From Lama glama (lineage: Eukaryota), in the NCBI GenBank assembly GCA_028534125.1, contig CM052817.1, positions 26,104,001 to 26,168,000 on the forward strand: 64,000 bases of DNA. Reading direction: 5' to 3'. Each line of letters begins with the position of its first letter. Position 1 is the stretch's first letter. The notes beneath the pieces are model-generated. The model was not told where the DNA came from and did not search any database. It was given only the letters and a program-made list of their open reading frames with translations. The translations under genes and the position numbers were made by a program. Shown here one piece after another: positions 1 through 13,802 of the stretch.

Positions 1-2089
1 CTGAACACTGTAATTTAAGGCAAATCAAAGAATAAGTACTAAGTCACATTAGTAGTAAGCATCTGGGACTAATTACCCAAAAGACACAGAATGAAAATAG
101 AAATTTAAAGGTTTTCAGTAAGTTTATAACTAATGGAACCAAAGGGGTTCCATGTTTAGGATACTTCATAGTGTGTACTAATTATCCTTTGAAGTTGAAG
201 TGAAGGGACATTTCTTTCTCTTTTGGCACCACTGATAAAGCACTGGACTAAAGCACTGGACACACATCCAAGACTCAATGTCAATAAAGCATATTAAGTG
301 TAATTTGTAAAGTAAAATCTTTCAGGATCTTACTGCCGGAGGCCTGGATAGCTGGTTAGCATTTAGAGCATACAGTAACAACGGGTAGAACTAAACCTTT
401 ATCTGAGTCAAATTACTAAATTAGCAAAATCTTTTTACACTTCTATATTGTCAACTCAGGCTATTCTGTGCCTGCTTTCCCAAGAGTTAAGCAAATATTT
501 ACTCTGTCACACACGCATACTAATTTCTTAAGTTTTACAATATCATCACAGAGATTTAGAAGAAATCTTTTAAAACCACGATTTTAATCACTATCGTGTG
601 GCAAACATACAGTGAATATTCCCTAAAAGCTAAGGTTCAGAAGTCCCTACCTGCAAAAATTTTAATTTTATTACTCAAAAAAGTACTGCTGTGTGAAAGA
701 GCAGGCTACAGAAAAGCATATACAGTATGAACTATTTATGTATAAAATACATAAATGCAAAAAAGAAGTCTGGAAAAATATAAGCCACTGCCAACATTTT
801 GGTGATCTCTGGATGGGAGCAATACTGATGACTTATTTTCTTTTTTTGCTTATCTGCTTTAATCAACATTCTATCCAATTATCACAAATTATTTCATACA
901 AGCAAAAATATTCAGTTGTAGGTTGACACAAAAGATAAAAAAAGAATTTTAAGAAAATAAATTCATTTGTCTAAATCAGGATTCCAACTGTGGTATTAAG
1001 AAAAAAGTTTTCAACTGCACACACAGAAAAAATACATTTGTTAAAAAGAGGTCCACATTATACCACACAAGGGCAAATCCTTGTAGGGAGTAATCTTCCT
1101 GGATTTGATGAGGGGCAATCAATTAGCACATAGTTCTATTTTTCTTTCTTGAAGTTTTCTAAAGAAACACCTCAATTAATGAGTTCTCTGGGGGAAAAAA
1201 ATGTTCTTTTTAAAAACTAAGTTAGGACAACAGAGAGATAACGGTCTTCCGGCCTCCATTCTACTGCTGAGGGGCACGGAGGGTGGCAGGGCTCAAAGCA
1301 GCATACACCAGAAAAATCTGCGTGGCCGGTCACCCGAAGTGAAAGGGGACACAAGCTTGCTGCAAGCTCCACAGACTGGGCAGCGAGAACGCCTCCTAAG
1401 GGCCTCCAGACTGTAACACCTGAAAGGTCTTACGCCGTCCAAGTTACTGTATGTAGAGCTGCCAGCGGTTTCTGACATTAACACAGACTGGAAAGTCTCA
1501 ACAAACACAGGTATTACGTGCGTGAAGCTCATCCGACTCTATGCAAAGCCAAGACATTTTCTTAAGGCCACGTCTTCGATTTTGCAAACTAGGACAAGTT
1601 AAAACATCCTATTGACTCTCTACAGCTAACAAACATCATCCCAGCTAAAATCCTAACAAACACAGAAACAGGCACTTTGGAAAACTGGCTTTAAACGGCA
1701 ACTTCAGGTACTCCAGTAACCGGTTTATCGCACTTTACCTGTTCCAATAAAGGGTGCTACCTCTTTACGGTCAGCTCTGGTTCCATTTACTGAACAAATA
1801 GAAAAAGGGAATCCTTTAAATTCGCAACACAATAAGGGCCAAAAGCTCCCGCTTTCTGGATGGCAGCTTTCCTGTCTCATCAATCACAACAAAGGACGCA
1901 TCCTAGTGACTTCATCAAGCCCGGCAAGAGCCGAGAAACTGAGGTAAATGATACAGTGTGGATTTCAAGGTTTGTGGCTTTTTCCTGTCAGCTACGACTC
2001 TGTCTCGCTCTTTTTACTCCATTATACGCCTCCACCCGAGTTCACTGCTTGCCCTAAAAATAAAACCACCCGTGGCTACCGTCCACTTT

Positions 2090-2790
2090 CCTGCCAAGCC
2101 CCGACTCTGGTTTCCTGCAGAGAAAGCCAAATTTCAGGCTCTCCGCCTTGCTCTTCGCCGGGGGCCGCCGGCTCGGCAGCGGGGGGCTTCTCCGGGTGCA
2201 GAGCGGCCGGCCGGGCCGGGGAACCACCGAGTCCGAGAAGCAGCCCGCTCTGCCGCAGCCCCCGGGAGCCTGAGGACACCACAGGAACAACCTGGGTGAG
2301 GGGAGGGTGTGCCGGCAAACGGCGGTGGGAGAGGGGGGAGACACTCACCCGCCCAGACAACAACCGACGGGGCGGGGAGGATGGGGGCCGGGACCAAGGC
2401 TCGGCAGAAAGACCGCCTGGGGCTTCCGGAACGCTGCGGCTGCTCGGGACGCCGCTGCCGCCGCTGCTCCTGGCCGCCGGCTTCCTCCCCTCCTCTGTTT
2501 TGATTCGACTGACCACGTCACTTTCAGCCACGAGACCCGGATCTGCCGGCTCCCGCGGGCGGCGGCGCAACAGATTGCAGCGGCTCGCGACCCCAGCTCC
2601 CGCCAGCCGAGCATGCGCGAGCCGCGCGCCTGCCCAGTGGGTCTGGGGAGGCGGGGCGGGCGCGAGCGTCACGCTATCCGTGGGGGCGCGGGACGCGGGG
2701 GTTTCAGTTCCGGTTGGGAGGGGCGGGGCCCAGCGCTGTGAAGCCGAGAGGGTAAGGCCCCGCGTCTGTTGAAGTGTACGGCGTAGCCTC
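2090..2790. promoter_or_regulatory. CpG island / TATA-less promoter of the minus-strand gene (probable SMIM14)
   Basis: Very GC- and CpG-rich block in AT-rich surroundings. GC boxes GGGGCGGG at ~2654 and ~2720, NRF1-like CGAGCATGCGCG at 2608-2619, ETS-like TTCCGG at 2708-2713. Confidence 0.9.
2349..2600 (-). other. SMIM14: Non-coding first exon (5'UTR), probable SMIM14; intron 1 runs to the window start; TSS approximate
   Basis: Minus-strand donor CGG|GTGAGT (ACTCAC at + 2343-2348) inside the CpG island. Identity inferred from the known head-to-head SMIM14-UBE2K order in mammals; no SMIM14 coding sequence is in the window. Confidence 0.65.
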
Positions 2791-3962
2791 TGTTTCGTCA
2801 GTGGTGGACAGTGTCCTCTGTTGTGTGTGTCTCTTTGCTTAAGCTGATGGCTTTCCTCGAGTGGAGTCTTTAGAATAACGAGGGGAGCGGTAGCAGCAGG
2901 CGCAAGTTGAGACATGTAGAGATTGTTTTGGCTCACTCAGGCCCAGGTGAAAATTAAAGATCGGAATTTAGTCTTACATGCAAAAAGTATGTTAAAACGT
3001 GGCAATTATTGATCCCCTTTACGCTCCCCAACGTTTTTGCACCCTGAAGCGAGGAATATTAAAGGGAATCTATGACTGAGAGAGAGTAGGGAATGGAAAG
3101 GGGAAAGCTGTTATTAGGCAGTCAGCACTCACCTTTGTGCTTTGACCTTAGGAATTGGAATTAGGATACTGTTTGTGGGGTAAGAACTTCACTTTTAAAC
3201 GAAGTTGGTGTTTCTACAGAAGTCTCTCGTTCTAGCCTGTCTCCCTGCTAAACCACTGGTGTCCGAGAATTTTCCCAATTTGAAAAAATTTAGAGCTACT
3301 TTACTGTTTTCTTAGATCCATAAATTAATGGACTTTAATTTAAACGTGACTGTGGTAAAATAGAAGTGTGAGTTCCAAGCAAAGATTTTACAAAGGTGCC
3401 TATTTGCCTATGCTGTAGGAGAGGTGAAAGTTAACTATAAGAAACTGTCTTCCTTACTCTGTGTTGACCTTTTCACCCATCCCAGACTTGGTTCATCACC
3501 TCAACTAGCTGAGTCACCTTCAGCAAATTAGTATAATCTGCAAGCGCTTTTTAATTAAAGTGGGTGTTGAACACAGGTAAAGGTTTCTAGAAAATGAAAA
3601 GTTTCTAGTAAAACTCAAAAGTTTCCTAGTTAATTAACAGATTACAAGTAGATAGAAGCCAAGCTTCTTGGCCTTTAGTCTGTAATGTTGAACTCTGTTT
3701 ACTCAGAGAGTTTGAGGTGGCATCTAGTGCCCTTATGAAGTTAATAGGCTGACCCTGTAACAGAAGAGCTTTAATCTGTAGAACTTTAATTTGTGAAACA
3801 AAGTCTTGTATGCTTGAGTGCACCCATGTGCACATGTATTTGAAAACACAGCGATGTTTAAGAGAACACTTCAGTACAAAGCTGGACTGGTTCAGGATAT
3901 TGCAAAATTACCACTACTTGCTTTATAAAGTAACTTATAGGAAAATCAAGATGTTAGGGTCC

Positions 3963-4340
3963 TTGGTAGCTAGCTTCTAAGATAACCCCCATTCTCGGCT
4001 CTGGAAATGTAGACTCCTCCAGCCCTTTGAATCAGGGCTACCCTAACCTGCAGTATACCGGTGAAGGTGTGTGTCTTCTGATGCTAGGTCATAAAGGCAC
4101 TCATTGCAGCTTTCCATCTCATTCTCTTGGATTGCTTGCTCTAGAGGAAGCTAGGCTCTATGCCACTTACTCAATCAGAACTTTGAAGAAGCTGTTGTGG
4201 AGAGGAACGAAAGCCTCCAGCAAGTTTCACTAGATTACGTCATGTCAGGAAACTACCTTGATTGGGCTGATCCCGCAACGTCAAACAAGCATTAGATGAC
4301 TGCATCCCTGCCCCACATCTCCTTGCATTCTCATGAGAGA
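3963..4340 (+). mobile_element. Old MaLR LTR (MLT1E/F-like)
   Basis: GCTAGGTCATAAAGG...GCAGCTTTCCATCT...CTCTTGGATTGCTTGCTCTAGAGGAAGC resembles MLT1 LTRs. Confidence 0.6.
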
Positions 4341-4959
4341 TAGAAAGTGATGCAGGATCTTATATGGGTTTTTGCCCTGATCTAAGTTAAATCTTTCTAA
4401 ACTTTAAACAACGGAAGAATGAAAAAGTGTCTCTGTGATTCTATGTGTTAAGTAATTTAGAGAATAATGTAGAACTCCTACCTATGTGAACAATGGTAAT
4501 GGAAAGAATAAATGTTGCATTGTATGTTAGGATCTGAAAAAGTTGGGAATAGAAATAATTTTAAATGGCTACAAGGAAGTTAATCACATTTTTATGATGG
4601 AGGCAAAAACCTAGAAATAATCTAAATGTACCATGGTAATGGAGTGGATAAATTTGTTAAATTATGTTTTAGGGTTTAAGAAATTTGAAGGTATCTTCCC
4701 TTTCTAAACCAGACCCTACATGGATTCTTGCTTTAGAAGAAGGAGGTGTTTGTGATACAAATATATATGCTTTATATATTCATAAAAGCATCCTGGAATA
4801 TATTTCTTTACCTATTGGTATTGGTTACTCCTGGGGGAGGGGTGTAAAAGACTTCCTTATGACTTTCTACCCTTTGTATGCTTTGAATTTTTCATATCAA
4901 TATAATTTTGCAATTAAAAAAATCACTAATGAATTTTTTTAACTTGAAAAAAATTGTAG

Positions 4960-5335
4960 TTTCATTAGTCTGCTTGGGCTACCATAACAGAATACTACAG
5001 ACTAGATGTCTTAAACAACAGAAATTTATTTTCTCAAAGTTCTGGAAGTAGGAAATCCAGGATCAATGTGCCAGCAGGGTTGGTTTTTGGTGAGACCTCT
5101 CTTCCTGGCTTGCAGGTGACTACCATATCACTTTCTCCTCATATGGCCTTGCCTCTGTGCACAGGCACTCCTGGTGTCTTTTCATATAAGGAGACTATTC
5201 CTGTTGGATTAGGACCACCCTTATGATCTCATTTAACCTTAATTACCCCTTTGAAACCCCTATCCCCAGATAGTCACAATGGGGCCTAGGGCTTCAACAT
5301 ACGAATTTGGGTGGACACAAGTCAGTACACTAAAA
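4960..5335 (-). mobile_element. MaLR LTR (MLT1A-like solo LTR)
   Basis: TTAGTCTGCTTGGGCTACCATAACAGAATACTACAGACT...AAACAACAGAAATTTATTTTCTCA...ATCTCATTTAACCTTAATTACC, typical of MLT1A/MST. Confidence 0.85.
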
Positions 5336-5339
5336 GTGG

Positions 5340-7590
5340 TTAAGTATATGTATATAAAATTTACCATTTTAACCATTTTTAAGTGTATAGTTCTGCGGCA
5401 TTAAATGCATTCATCTTGTTGTGCAACCATCACCAACATCTATCTCCAGAACATTTTCATCTTCACAATTAAAACTGTGTACCTATTATACATTAACTCC
5501 CCATTTCCCGTCCCTCCTAATCTCTGGCAACCACCGTTCTACTTACTATCTCTGTAAATTTGCCTTCTCTTGGTACTCATATCAGTGGAATCATACAATA
5601 TTTGTCCCTTTGAGATTGACTTATTTCATTTAGCATAATTTAAGGTCATCCATGTTGTAGCATATATCTAAATTTCCTTCCTTTTAAGGCTGAATAATAT
5701 TCCATTGTGTATATACGTGTGTGTATACACATACCATATTTTGTTTATTCATTTAGCCCTTGATGAAAACTTGGCTTGTTTCCACCTTTTGGTTAACACT
5801 GTCATGAATATGGGTGTACAAATATCTTCAAATCTCTGTTTTCAATTCTTTTGGGATATACTCAGAAAGGAAATTGCTAGATTATATGGTTATTCCAAGT
5901 TTAATTTTTTGAGGAACTGTTACACTGTTTTCCACAGTGGCTGCACCATTTTACATTCCCACCACCAGTGCATGAGGGTTTCAATTTCTCCACATCCTCA
6001 CCAACACTTCTATTTTTTTTTAATATATTAGCCATCCAAATGTGTGGAAGTTGGTATTTCATTGTGCTTTTGATGTATTTTCCTGATAATTAGTGATGTT
6101 GAGTTTCTTTTCATGAGCTAATTGTCTATTACCTTCTGGAGAATACCTTCTCCAGAGAACTGTCTATTCAAGTTCTTTGCCCATTTTTTTAATGGGGTAG
6201 TTTTTTTTTGTTGTTGCTGAGTTGTAGTAGTTCTTTATGTATTCTGGATATTAACCTTTTATTAGATATATGATTTGCAAATATTTTCTCTCATTCCGTG
6301 GGTTGCCTTTTCACTCTGTCAATAAAGTCATTTGCACAAAATTTTTAATTTTAATGAAATTCAATTTAATGTATTTTTTCTTTTGTTGCCTTGTTTTTGG
6401 TGTCATGTCCAAGAAATTATTGCCAAACCTAAAGTCATAAAGCTTTTCCCATTTTCTTCTAAGACTTTTATAGTTTTAGCTATTACATTTAGGTCTTTAA
6501 TCACTTTTCAGCTAACTTTTATATATGGTGTAAGGTAAGGGTCCAAATTCATTGTTCTGCATTTGGATATCCATTTTGCCTGAAATTTATTTAAAAGACC
6601 ATTTTTTCTCCATGGAATGATCTTGGTACCCTTGTCAAAAATCATTTGATTATATGTGAGTATTTATTTCTAGGCTCTCTATTCTATTACATTTGTGTAA
6701 ATATACATCTTTATGCCAGTACCACATTATTTTGATTGCCATCGCTCTATAGTATGTTTTGAAATCAGGAAACATGAGACCTCAGACTTTGTTCTTTTTA
6801 TGTTTTGTAAATATATTTTTGTATATATATTTTTATTGAAGTATAGTCAGTTTACAATGTGTCAATTTCTAGTGTACAACACAATGCTTGTCATACGTGA
6901 ATATATATATATTCGTTTTCATATTATTTTTCACCATAAGTTACTACAAGATATTGAATATAGTTCCCTGTGCTATACAGTGTGAACTTGTTTATGTATT
7001 TTATATATATAAGTATCTGCAAATCTCGAACTCCCAATTTATCCCTTCCCACCTGTTTTCCCCCCGGTAACCATACGTTTGTTTTCTATGTCTGTGAGTC
7101 TATTTCTGTCCTGTAAATAAGTTCATTTGACTTTTTTTTAGATTCCACATATAAGTGATATCATATGATATTTTTCTTTCTCTTTCTGGCTTCACTTAGA
7201 ATGACAGTCTCCGGGTCCATCCATGTTGCTGCAAATGGCATTATTTTATTATTTTTTATGGTGCTCTTTTTATTTTTAAGATTGTTTTGGCTATTCAGGA
7301 TCTCTTGAGAGTCCATATGAATTTTAGTAGAGATTTTTCTATTTCTGCAAAAAATATCGTTGGGATTTTGATAGGGATTGCGTTGATCTATGGAGCACTT
7401 TGGGTAGTATCAATATCTTAATAATATAAGATCTTCCAATCCATGAACACAGGGTGTCTTTCCATTTATTTGTATATATAATTTTTTTTCAGCAGTGCTT
7501 TCTAGTTTTCAGTGTGCTAGTTTTTCACCTCCTTGGTTAAGTTTATTCCTAAATATTTTATTCCTTTTGATGCTATTATAAATGGAATTT
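5340..7590 (-). mobile_element. Old L1 (L1MA/MB-type) 3'UTR plus ORF2 3' part, antisense, interrupted by a younger L1
   Basis: Typical antisense L1 text (TTTACCATTTTAACCATTTTTAAGTGTA; AGTGGCTGCACCATTTTACATTCCCACCA; GATTGTTTTGGCTATTC) with frameshifts. Confidence 0.9.
6802..7261 (-). mobile_element. Younger lineage-specific L1 3' fragment nested in the older L1
   Basis: TTTTATTGAAGTATAGTCAGTTTACAATG 3' end. Flanked by TSD TGTTCTTTTTAT (6790-6801) / TGCTCTTTTTAT (7262-7273). Confidence 0.9.
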
Positions 7591-10500
7591 TTAAAATAAA
7601 GATTTCTACTCTTCATTGCTACATGTTTGGTTCAAATACTTTTACAGTTCATTATTTTATTTTTCATTTTATTAATTATAATTTTAATGTACTGAAATTA
7701 AATTTTAAAAATTTAGTCAGCTGTTTCCTCTTTTCCTTTCAGATTCTTTTTTGACTTCTGAGCCTAGAAGGTTATCTTCACTTCAGCGGGTATTTGTTGA
7801 ACACCTACTATGTGTTGGGCTCTACAGGCACATTTATGAATGTGAAAATCATGAGGCCTACAAAGGACATTCAAAACCAAACATTTAATAAATATTTAGT
7901 TCTAATTTCTTCTAAGTTTTCAATTATTTATTATATTTCAACTCTTAATTTACTTGGAATTAATTTTGGTCAACAATGCTGCTCTAGTTTTTTGAAAGTT
8001 AATGAGGCACTTCAAATTCACATTAAAGCTGTTTATTATTTGGTGTAAAACCTTTACTGTTAGCCAGTTGAAGGTGGTTATACAACTTAAATTCAGGAGA
8101 AGTAGACCTTGAGAAAGTATATTCACTTTTATAGTCATCAGGAATAAATCAGATTACTCTTATATTTTGAAGAGTTTGCCACTTCATTGCTATCTTACTA
8201 TTTCTTGAAGATGGAGTACATGAGTTGTATTTTCATAATTTAAAATTTCAAAGGGAAACAAGATTTTATATATTCCAGTTTTGCTATGTAATAATTGATA
8301 TACTGACAATATTCTATGTACCAGTTTTTTAGAAAGTAATAGAATGATTTTTTTTAAGATTTGAGTAATAGAAATTGAAGAAGGGGACCTGGTGAAGGAA
8401 AATGGGAGGATGTCAGAAGTTTTATGGGAAGAAATTTGAAAACAAAGAAAGACATGTAGGATGAAGAAGATAAAAGGCAAATTATTTGTCCTCTGACCTT
8501 GGGGATAAGTTTAATAAGTAAGTGTGGAGAAGCAAATGTGATAACTTCACTATAGTTGCCATCTGCCCTTCAACATTTCTTCTCTTTAGAAGATATTACT
8601 TATTTCATTCTCTGGAGCATGTTACACACACACATACAATGAGTTCTGGAATTCATTAAGCTATGTCTATTTTTCTTCCCCAATCTCTACCTAAAGCCTC
8701 ACAAATGTGTTTCAGTCGTTTTCTCTAAAGTTTAAAAGATATCACCTTGTGCTATCAGGTTGTTTTTTTCTCCTAATGTGATATTTGGGATTGTAAATCT
8801 TGAAGGAATCCCAAGTGTTAGAGGAGGTTTTTAAGTGCCTCCTTCCTTTTCCTAACCATTATAATATGTCTTTATATGACTAAATCCACAGACTTTTAGC
8901 TTCAGCCACAATCCAAATGGCATACTAGCAAAAGTTGTAAGAGTTAAAAAGAGGAGGAAATAGAATCATGGAGGAGTCAAGAAGTGCAGGAACTCCACTG
9001 GGCGCCCTCCATGGGCTACCTACTTAACTTTCCCTAAATATTCCACTATCAAAGAGTGGAAACCAACTACATATACACTTCAAATTCTAAGATGTGCTCT
9101 TTTCTTATATTGTAACAAAGTAAATAAAGGTAGATATGCAAACAGTACAAAAATCCTGAAATGAATTCCAAATGTAATTGTTAAAAGTGATCTAAATGCC
9201 AAATAATGGGAGATTAAAATAGATGAAAAGATGTTCCTTTTGTGAGACAGGCTTTAATCTGGGATCAGCTCTGACTGGAATTCCTTTGGGTCTGGAAAAG
9301 TGGCTGTGCACCTTGAGAAGGAAAGGTAGTTGGAAAGTAAACTAGGCCATCAGGGATGCTCTGGAAGGTTCCAGTGTACTCTCTGGATAGGACTGTGGAT
9401 CAGCAATAGCCCAGACATTTAATTAAATGGCACAATATATATGAAAATGCTTTGTAAACAATAACTAGACTATTAAAAAAACCCAACAAATCCTGAAATT
9501 GGTAAAAATTTGTCTTATACAAATATTTGCAAGTCACTGTCAGAAGCAATGCACCAATGCTACCAATCATATGAAACAGCATTGGAAAGGAGTCCAGCTC
9601 GTATCATTATCTATGTCAGGGATTGTTTCAAGTGAAACAGGATCCTGTTTTTGAGCCCAAAGCTAAGAACATACTATGCTAAAGACTAACTGCCCTTCTC
9701 TAACTCATTCCATGTTTGAAGAAGCATCAGCTGTTGGAGTCTATCCCTTCCCCCTTGGGACCAGTGAGAGGTACCTGTTAAGAAAATCATCATTACTCAC
9801 TATTATCCCCTCCTTCACATAAGCAGAAGATAGAAACACATGAAAGTTGCCTTTTGGGGGAATGCAGTGTTCTAAAGAGGGGTTATTCTTTCTCTTTACA
9901 TTAAGAGGGAGGGTAGAGAATTTCCCCCTTCTCTAAGACTGAGGAGGGAGTCACCAAAAGAATCACTAATGAAGTGGGGGTGCTCGAATCCTCTGAACAA
10001 TTACTGTCTTCAGTTAGTTGAGAATTGGTGATAGCCTCTGGTCTAAAAATTGCCAAACCATTGACCTGATGCTGCTAGAGACATGAGACATGAGAGAGTA
10101 AGTAAAGCTAAGAGAGGGAGTTGTCAGCTGGGTGGTGGGGCAGTCTGCATTTCTGCTGTTTGGAATAGTAAAAAGATTCCCAAGAGTCAAGTGCTACTAC
10201 ATGGTACATAGCAGGGCCTTAGACAACTGCCCATTACCACATACATGCACAAATGCATATGCAGTGCATACCCACACCAGCTGTATATTATCTTCAGTTC
10301 AAGCAGTCAAAAGAGATATCTGCAGTTTCTAAATCCCAATGCTGAATTCTGGGGAGAGAAAAGCCATTTGGCCCAGCTTAGTTGACCCCTGATTCAACTG
10401 GCTGGGGGCTGAAAGGGAATATTATGTGTGAGCAAACTCTTAGAGGAGGAGGCACAGGCAAGCTTATTTAAAGCAGGAAAAAGTGAAAAGGAAACGAGAG

Positions 10501-11479
10501 GCATTATAGCACAGTTATCTACAACCAATATTTTGATGATAACACCAAAATCATGAACATGGCCCCCTGTAGAAAGAAAACATTTTCCATTTCCTGCCCA
10601 AATCTTCCATTTTGAGTTTTAAATCTCAAGGACAAAAAGAGAAAGTACTAATTTGGAATAACTGTGTATTTAAGTTAGTAGTTTTAGTTAATCATTAGGT
10701 AACTGACATCCAGGAAAAATGTTCAGAAGAAAGTTCAGAGTCCACAAATAGTCGTCATTGTCAGCAACAATAATAAACACCTATCGAGCACTTATAGAAG
10801 GTCAAGTCCTTCTGCTGCAATCTTGGTTCAGTTCAGTTAAACTGAGTGCGTTCTGTGAGCAAATCATTGTGTGGAGTGCTGGTGCTGGGACAACTGGGAA
10901 TCCACGTGGAAAGTCTTAAATACACAACTTGAATTTACACATATGTAAATATGTATGTAACCACTACCTAGATCAAAAAATAAAATATTTCCAAAGACTC
11001 CCTCATTCCCCTTCCCATTCAATACCTGGAGGAATGCCTTTAAAGAGAAAATTAGAGCCAAATGAATCTGTGGGGAATGTAAAAAGGAAAAAGAGGAGCA
11101 TACTTAGCTAGCATGAGACCGAGAAGTGGCCTGAGTTTTAACAATAGGACAACTTGTTTCCATAGTAACTAAAAAATGTTTTAATAGAAAAATTGCTACT
11201 CACGAAGTTTATTGTAAGTGGTTTAAAATACTAAAAGTGTCAGATAAGTAATTTCATAATTTTTAATTAAAAATCCAAATAAATCTGAGTAACGTTAATT
11301 GTGATTTTCTTAAGATTTAATGCATATTTAAAGGGACAAAATGATGGTACATGGTGGAAAGATAACATAATTTCTAGTTTTTTGCCACCTGTAGCCAGAT
11401 CTCTAATTTCTACCCTTCCTATTCAGACTAAATCTCAGAATTTCCCTCCACTACACATTAAAAATCTGTAGACCATTGA

Positions 11480-13520
11480 AAAGACTTAGAAACGATAACC
11501 AACTCAGAGGCAATGAGCACCCAGATGATGGTCTCTGAAAACCAGTTCACACTGACAGAAACCAGGGTTCCTTGCAAGTTGGGAGCAAGAAATGTGCAAC
11601 ATGAACATGAAACATCTTGTTACATCATGATGCTATCAAAGCTACCAAAATTATGTCAGAAGAACTTAGGACTCAACTTGAAGGGGCTCCCACTGACTGA
11701 AGATTTGTCAATTTGAGAAACAAAAAGCAAAATAATCTTTGACTTGCAATATATCAAATATATTAAAACATTTTTGGTTGCCTTTGAAAGATGCTAGTCA
11801 ACTAGCCCATTCTGAAAATATTAATTGGAAAGAATCATGCATTTGTCTAGTCTATACTATATGAACTATACCTCAGAATAAATAATTGGTGAAGGATGGA
11901 TTTTCTTTATAGCATAATTCCAGCTAAAAAGAAGAAGAAATGATTGAGTTAGAGTATCACCATTTAGCAACCCCTAATTACTAATGGCTGCAAACACCCT
12001 TATGTGAAAAGATAATAGACTGATCAAGCTGACAATCTAATTAGCCTGAACCCACTGATTAATCTTAATATCACAAAAAGACAGATAACCAGACATTAGG
12101 AGCCTCTTATTAAGATGTAATAGGAATACCCATTGCGACTTACGAAGTATTTTTGCCAAAAGAAACCTTAGCTGAATCAGATCAAACATAATACCATAGG
12201 GATACAAACAGCAAAATCTAAAATGTTAAAGGCAAACCAAGTTTCTTCAGCAAATGAATTGCAAAAAATTTAAAAATGGTGAAAAAACCTATAGATGAAA
12301 AGAAACTCAAGCAACAACAACTTAATATAATACGTGGAACTTGTAAACCAACTGCTAAAAAAATTTGGAGAAAGTTGGGGAGATATGATATTAAAAAAAT
12401 ATTGATTTTTTTAAAGACATGATAATAGTTTTGTTAGATCAAAAATATTTTTATTAAAATATAGTCAGTTACAATGTGATGTGTCAGTTTTTGGTGTACA
12501 GCATAATGTCCTAGTTATACATGTATATACATATATTCATTTTCATATACTTTGTCATTAAAGGTTATTACAAGATATTGAATATAGTTCCCTGTGCTAT
12601 ACAGAAGAAATTTGTTTTTTATCTATTTTTATATATAGTGGTTAACATTTGCAAATCTCAAACTCCCAAATTTATTCCTTCCCACCCCCTTTCCTCCAGT
12701 AACCATGAGATTGTTTACTATGTCTGGGAGTCTGTTTCTGTTTTGTGGATGAGTTCATTAGCATCCTCTTTTTTCTTTTTTCTTTTTTTTAGATTCCAAA
12801 TATGAGTGATATCATAGGGTATTTTTCTTTCTCTTTCTGGCTTACTTCACTGAGAATGACGATCTCCAGGTCCATCCATGTTGCTGCAAATGGTATTAAA
12901 AAATGATTCTTTTTTTCCTGATACACAGTGATTTATTTACAGATAAAATGGTAAGAGGCCTAGGATTTGCCTCAAAATTTTCTAATACGAGGTGTAGTGG
13001 ATATGACCATGTGCTATATTGTTGAAGCTAAGTTTTGTTATACTTCTTCTTCTACTTTTGTATATTAATCTGAGAATTTTAATATTAAAAAAGTTTAAAA
13101 ATCTTTAGGCACAAATTTTTTTTGTAAAAAAATCAATCGAACCTGTCACAATTTATTGACTTTATTTGGACCTCTATTCTCAAACACTCAACATTTTTGT
13201 AAGACAATCAGGAAAGTGAGAACACTAACTCTATACTTGATGATATTAGGGAATGTCTGTAAATTATTTCGGTATGGTAATGCTATTGTGGCTATGTTAA
13301 AAATCGAATCATTTTCTTTTAGAGACACACAGTAAAATATTGTAGATGAAACATAGTAGCTAGAATTTGCTTCAAAATAATCAGGAGGAGGAAAATGGCT
13401 GGTGAAAAAGATGCAAGAACCATTATCCATACAGATAGACCAATATTGGTAGTTTTTGAAACTGGGTCATTATGATTATTGTATTTTTCTCTTTACTTTT
13501 GTCAAAATTGCTCCATAACT
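11480..13520 (+). mobile_element. Degraded old L1 3'UTR fragments (L1MC/ME-like)
   Basis: GCAATGAGCACCCAGATG...TTGAAGGGGCTCCCACTG...ATTTGCTTCAAAATAATC motifs. Confidence 0.55.
12448..12897 (-). mobile_element. Younger L1 3' fragment (same family as 6802-7261)
   Basis: Shares AAGATATTGAATATAGTTCCCTGTGCTATACAG and GGTCCATCCATGTTGCTGCAAATGG with the 6.8-kb copy. Confidence 0.9.
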
Positions 13521-13802
13521 TGTATTTCCTCAAAAACATGCTTATTGTTTGGTGTTTTTCATATCATGCATAACATTTTAAAATTTATTTAACCTTACTT
13601 TTCACTCATCTATGAAGAGCTCACTGTTGATCATCCTAGTAATCAAGAGTTCAATATATTATATTAGGTCTAAAGATGAATAACTGAATCAGAAGTTTGA
13701 CAAGTTCCCAACCGTTTTTCAGAAGGTACATGCTGCAACACTGTATTTCTGATTCTATATCCACTATACTTTATATATGCCTATTAAAGTTACACTATCA
13801 AC

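Noticed and set aside
1948..2936. Long overlapping ORFs (274 aa +, 286 aa -, and others) across the first CpG island
   Set aside because: Low-complexity Gly/Pro/Ala/Arg translations open in many frames because GC-rich DNA lacks stop codons; no recognisable protein.
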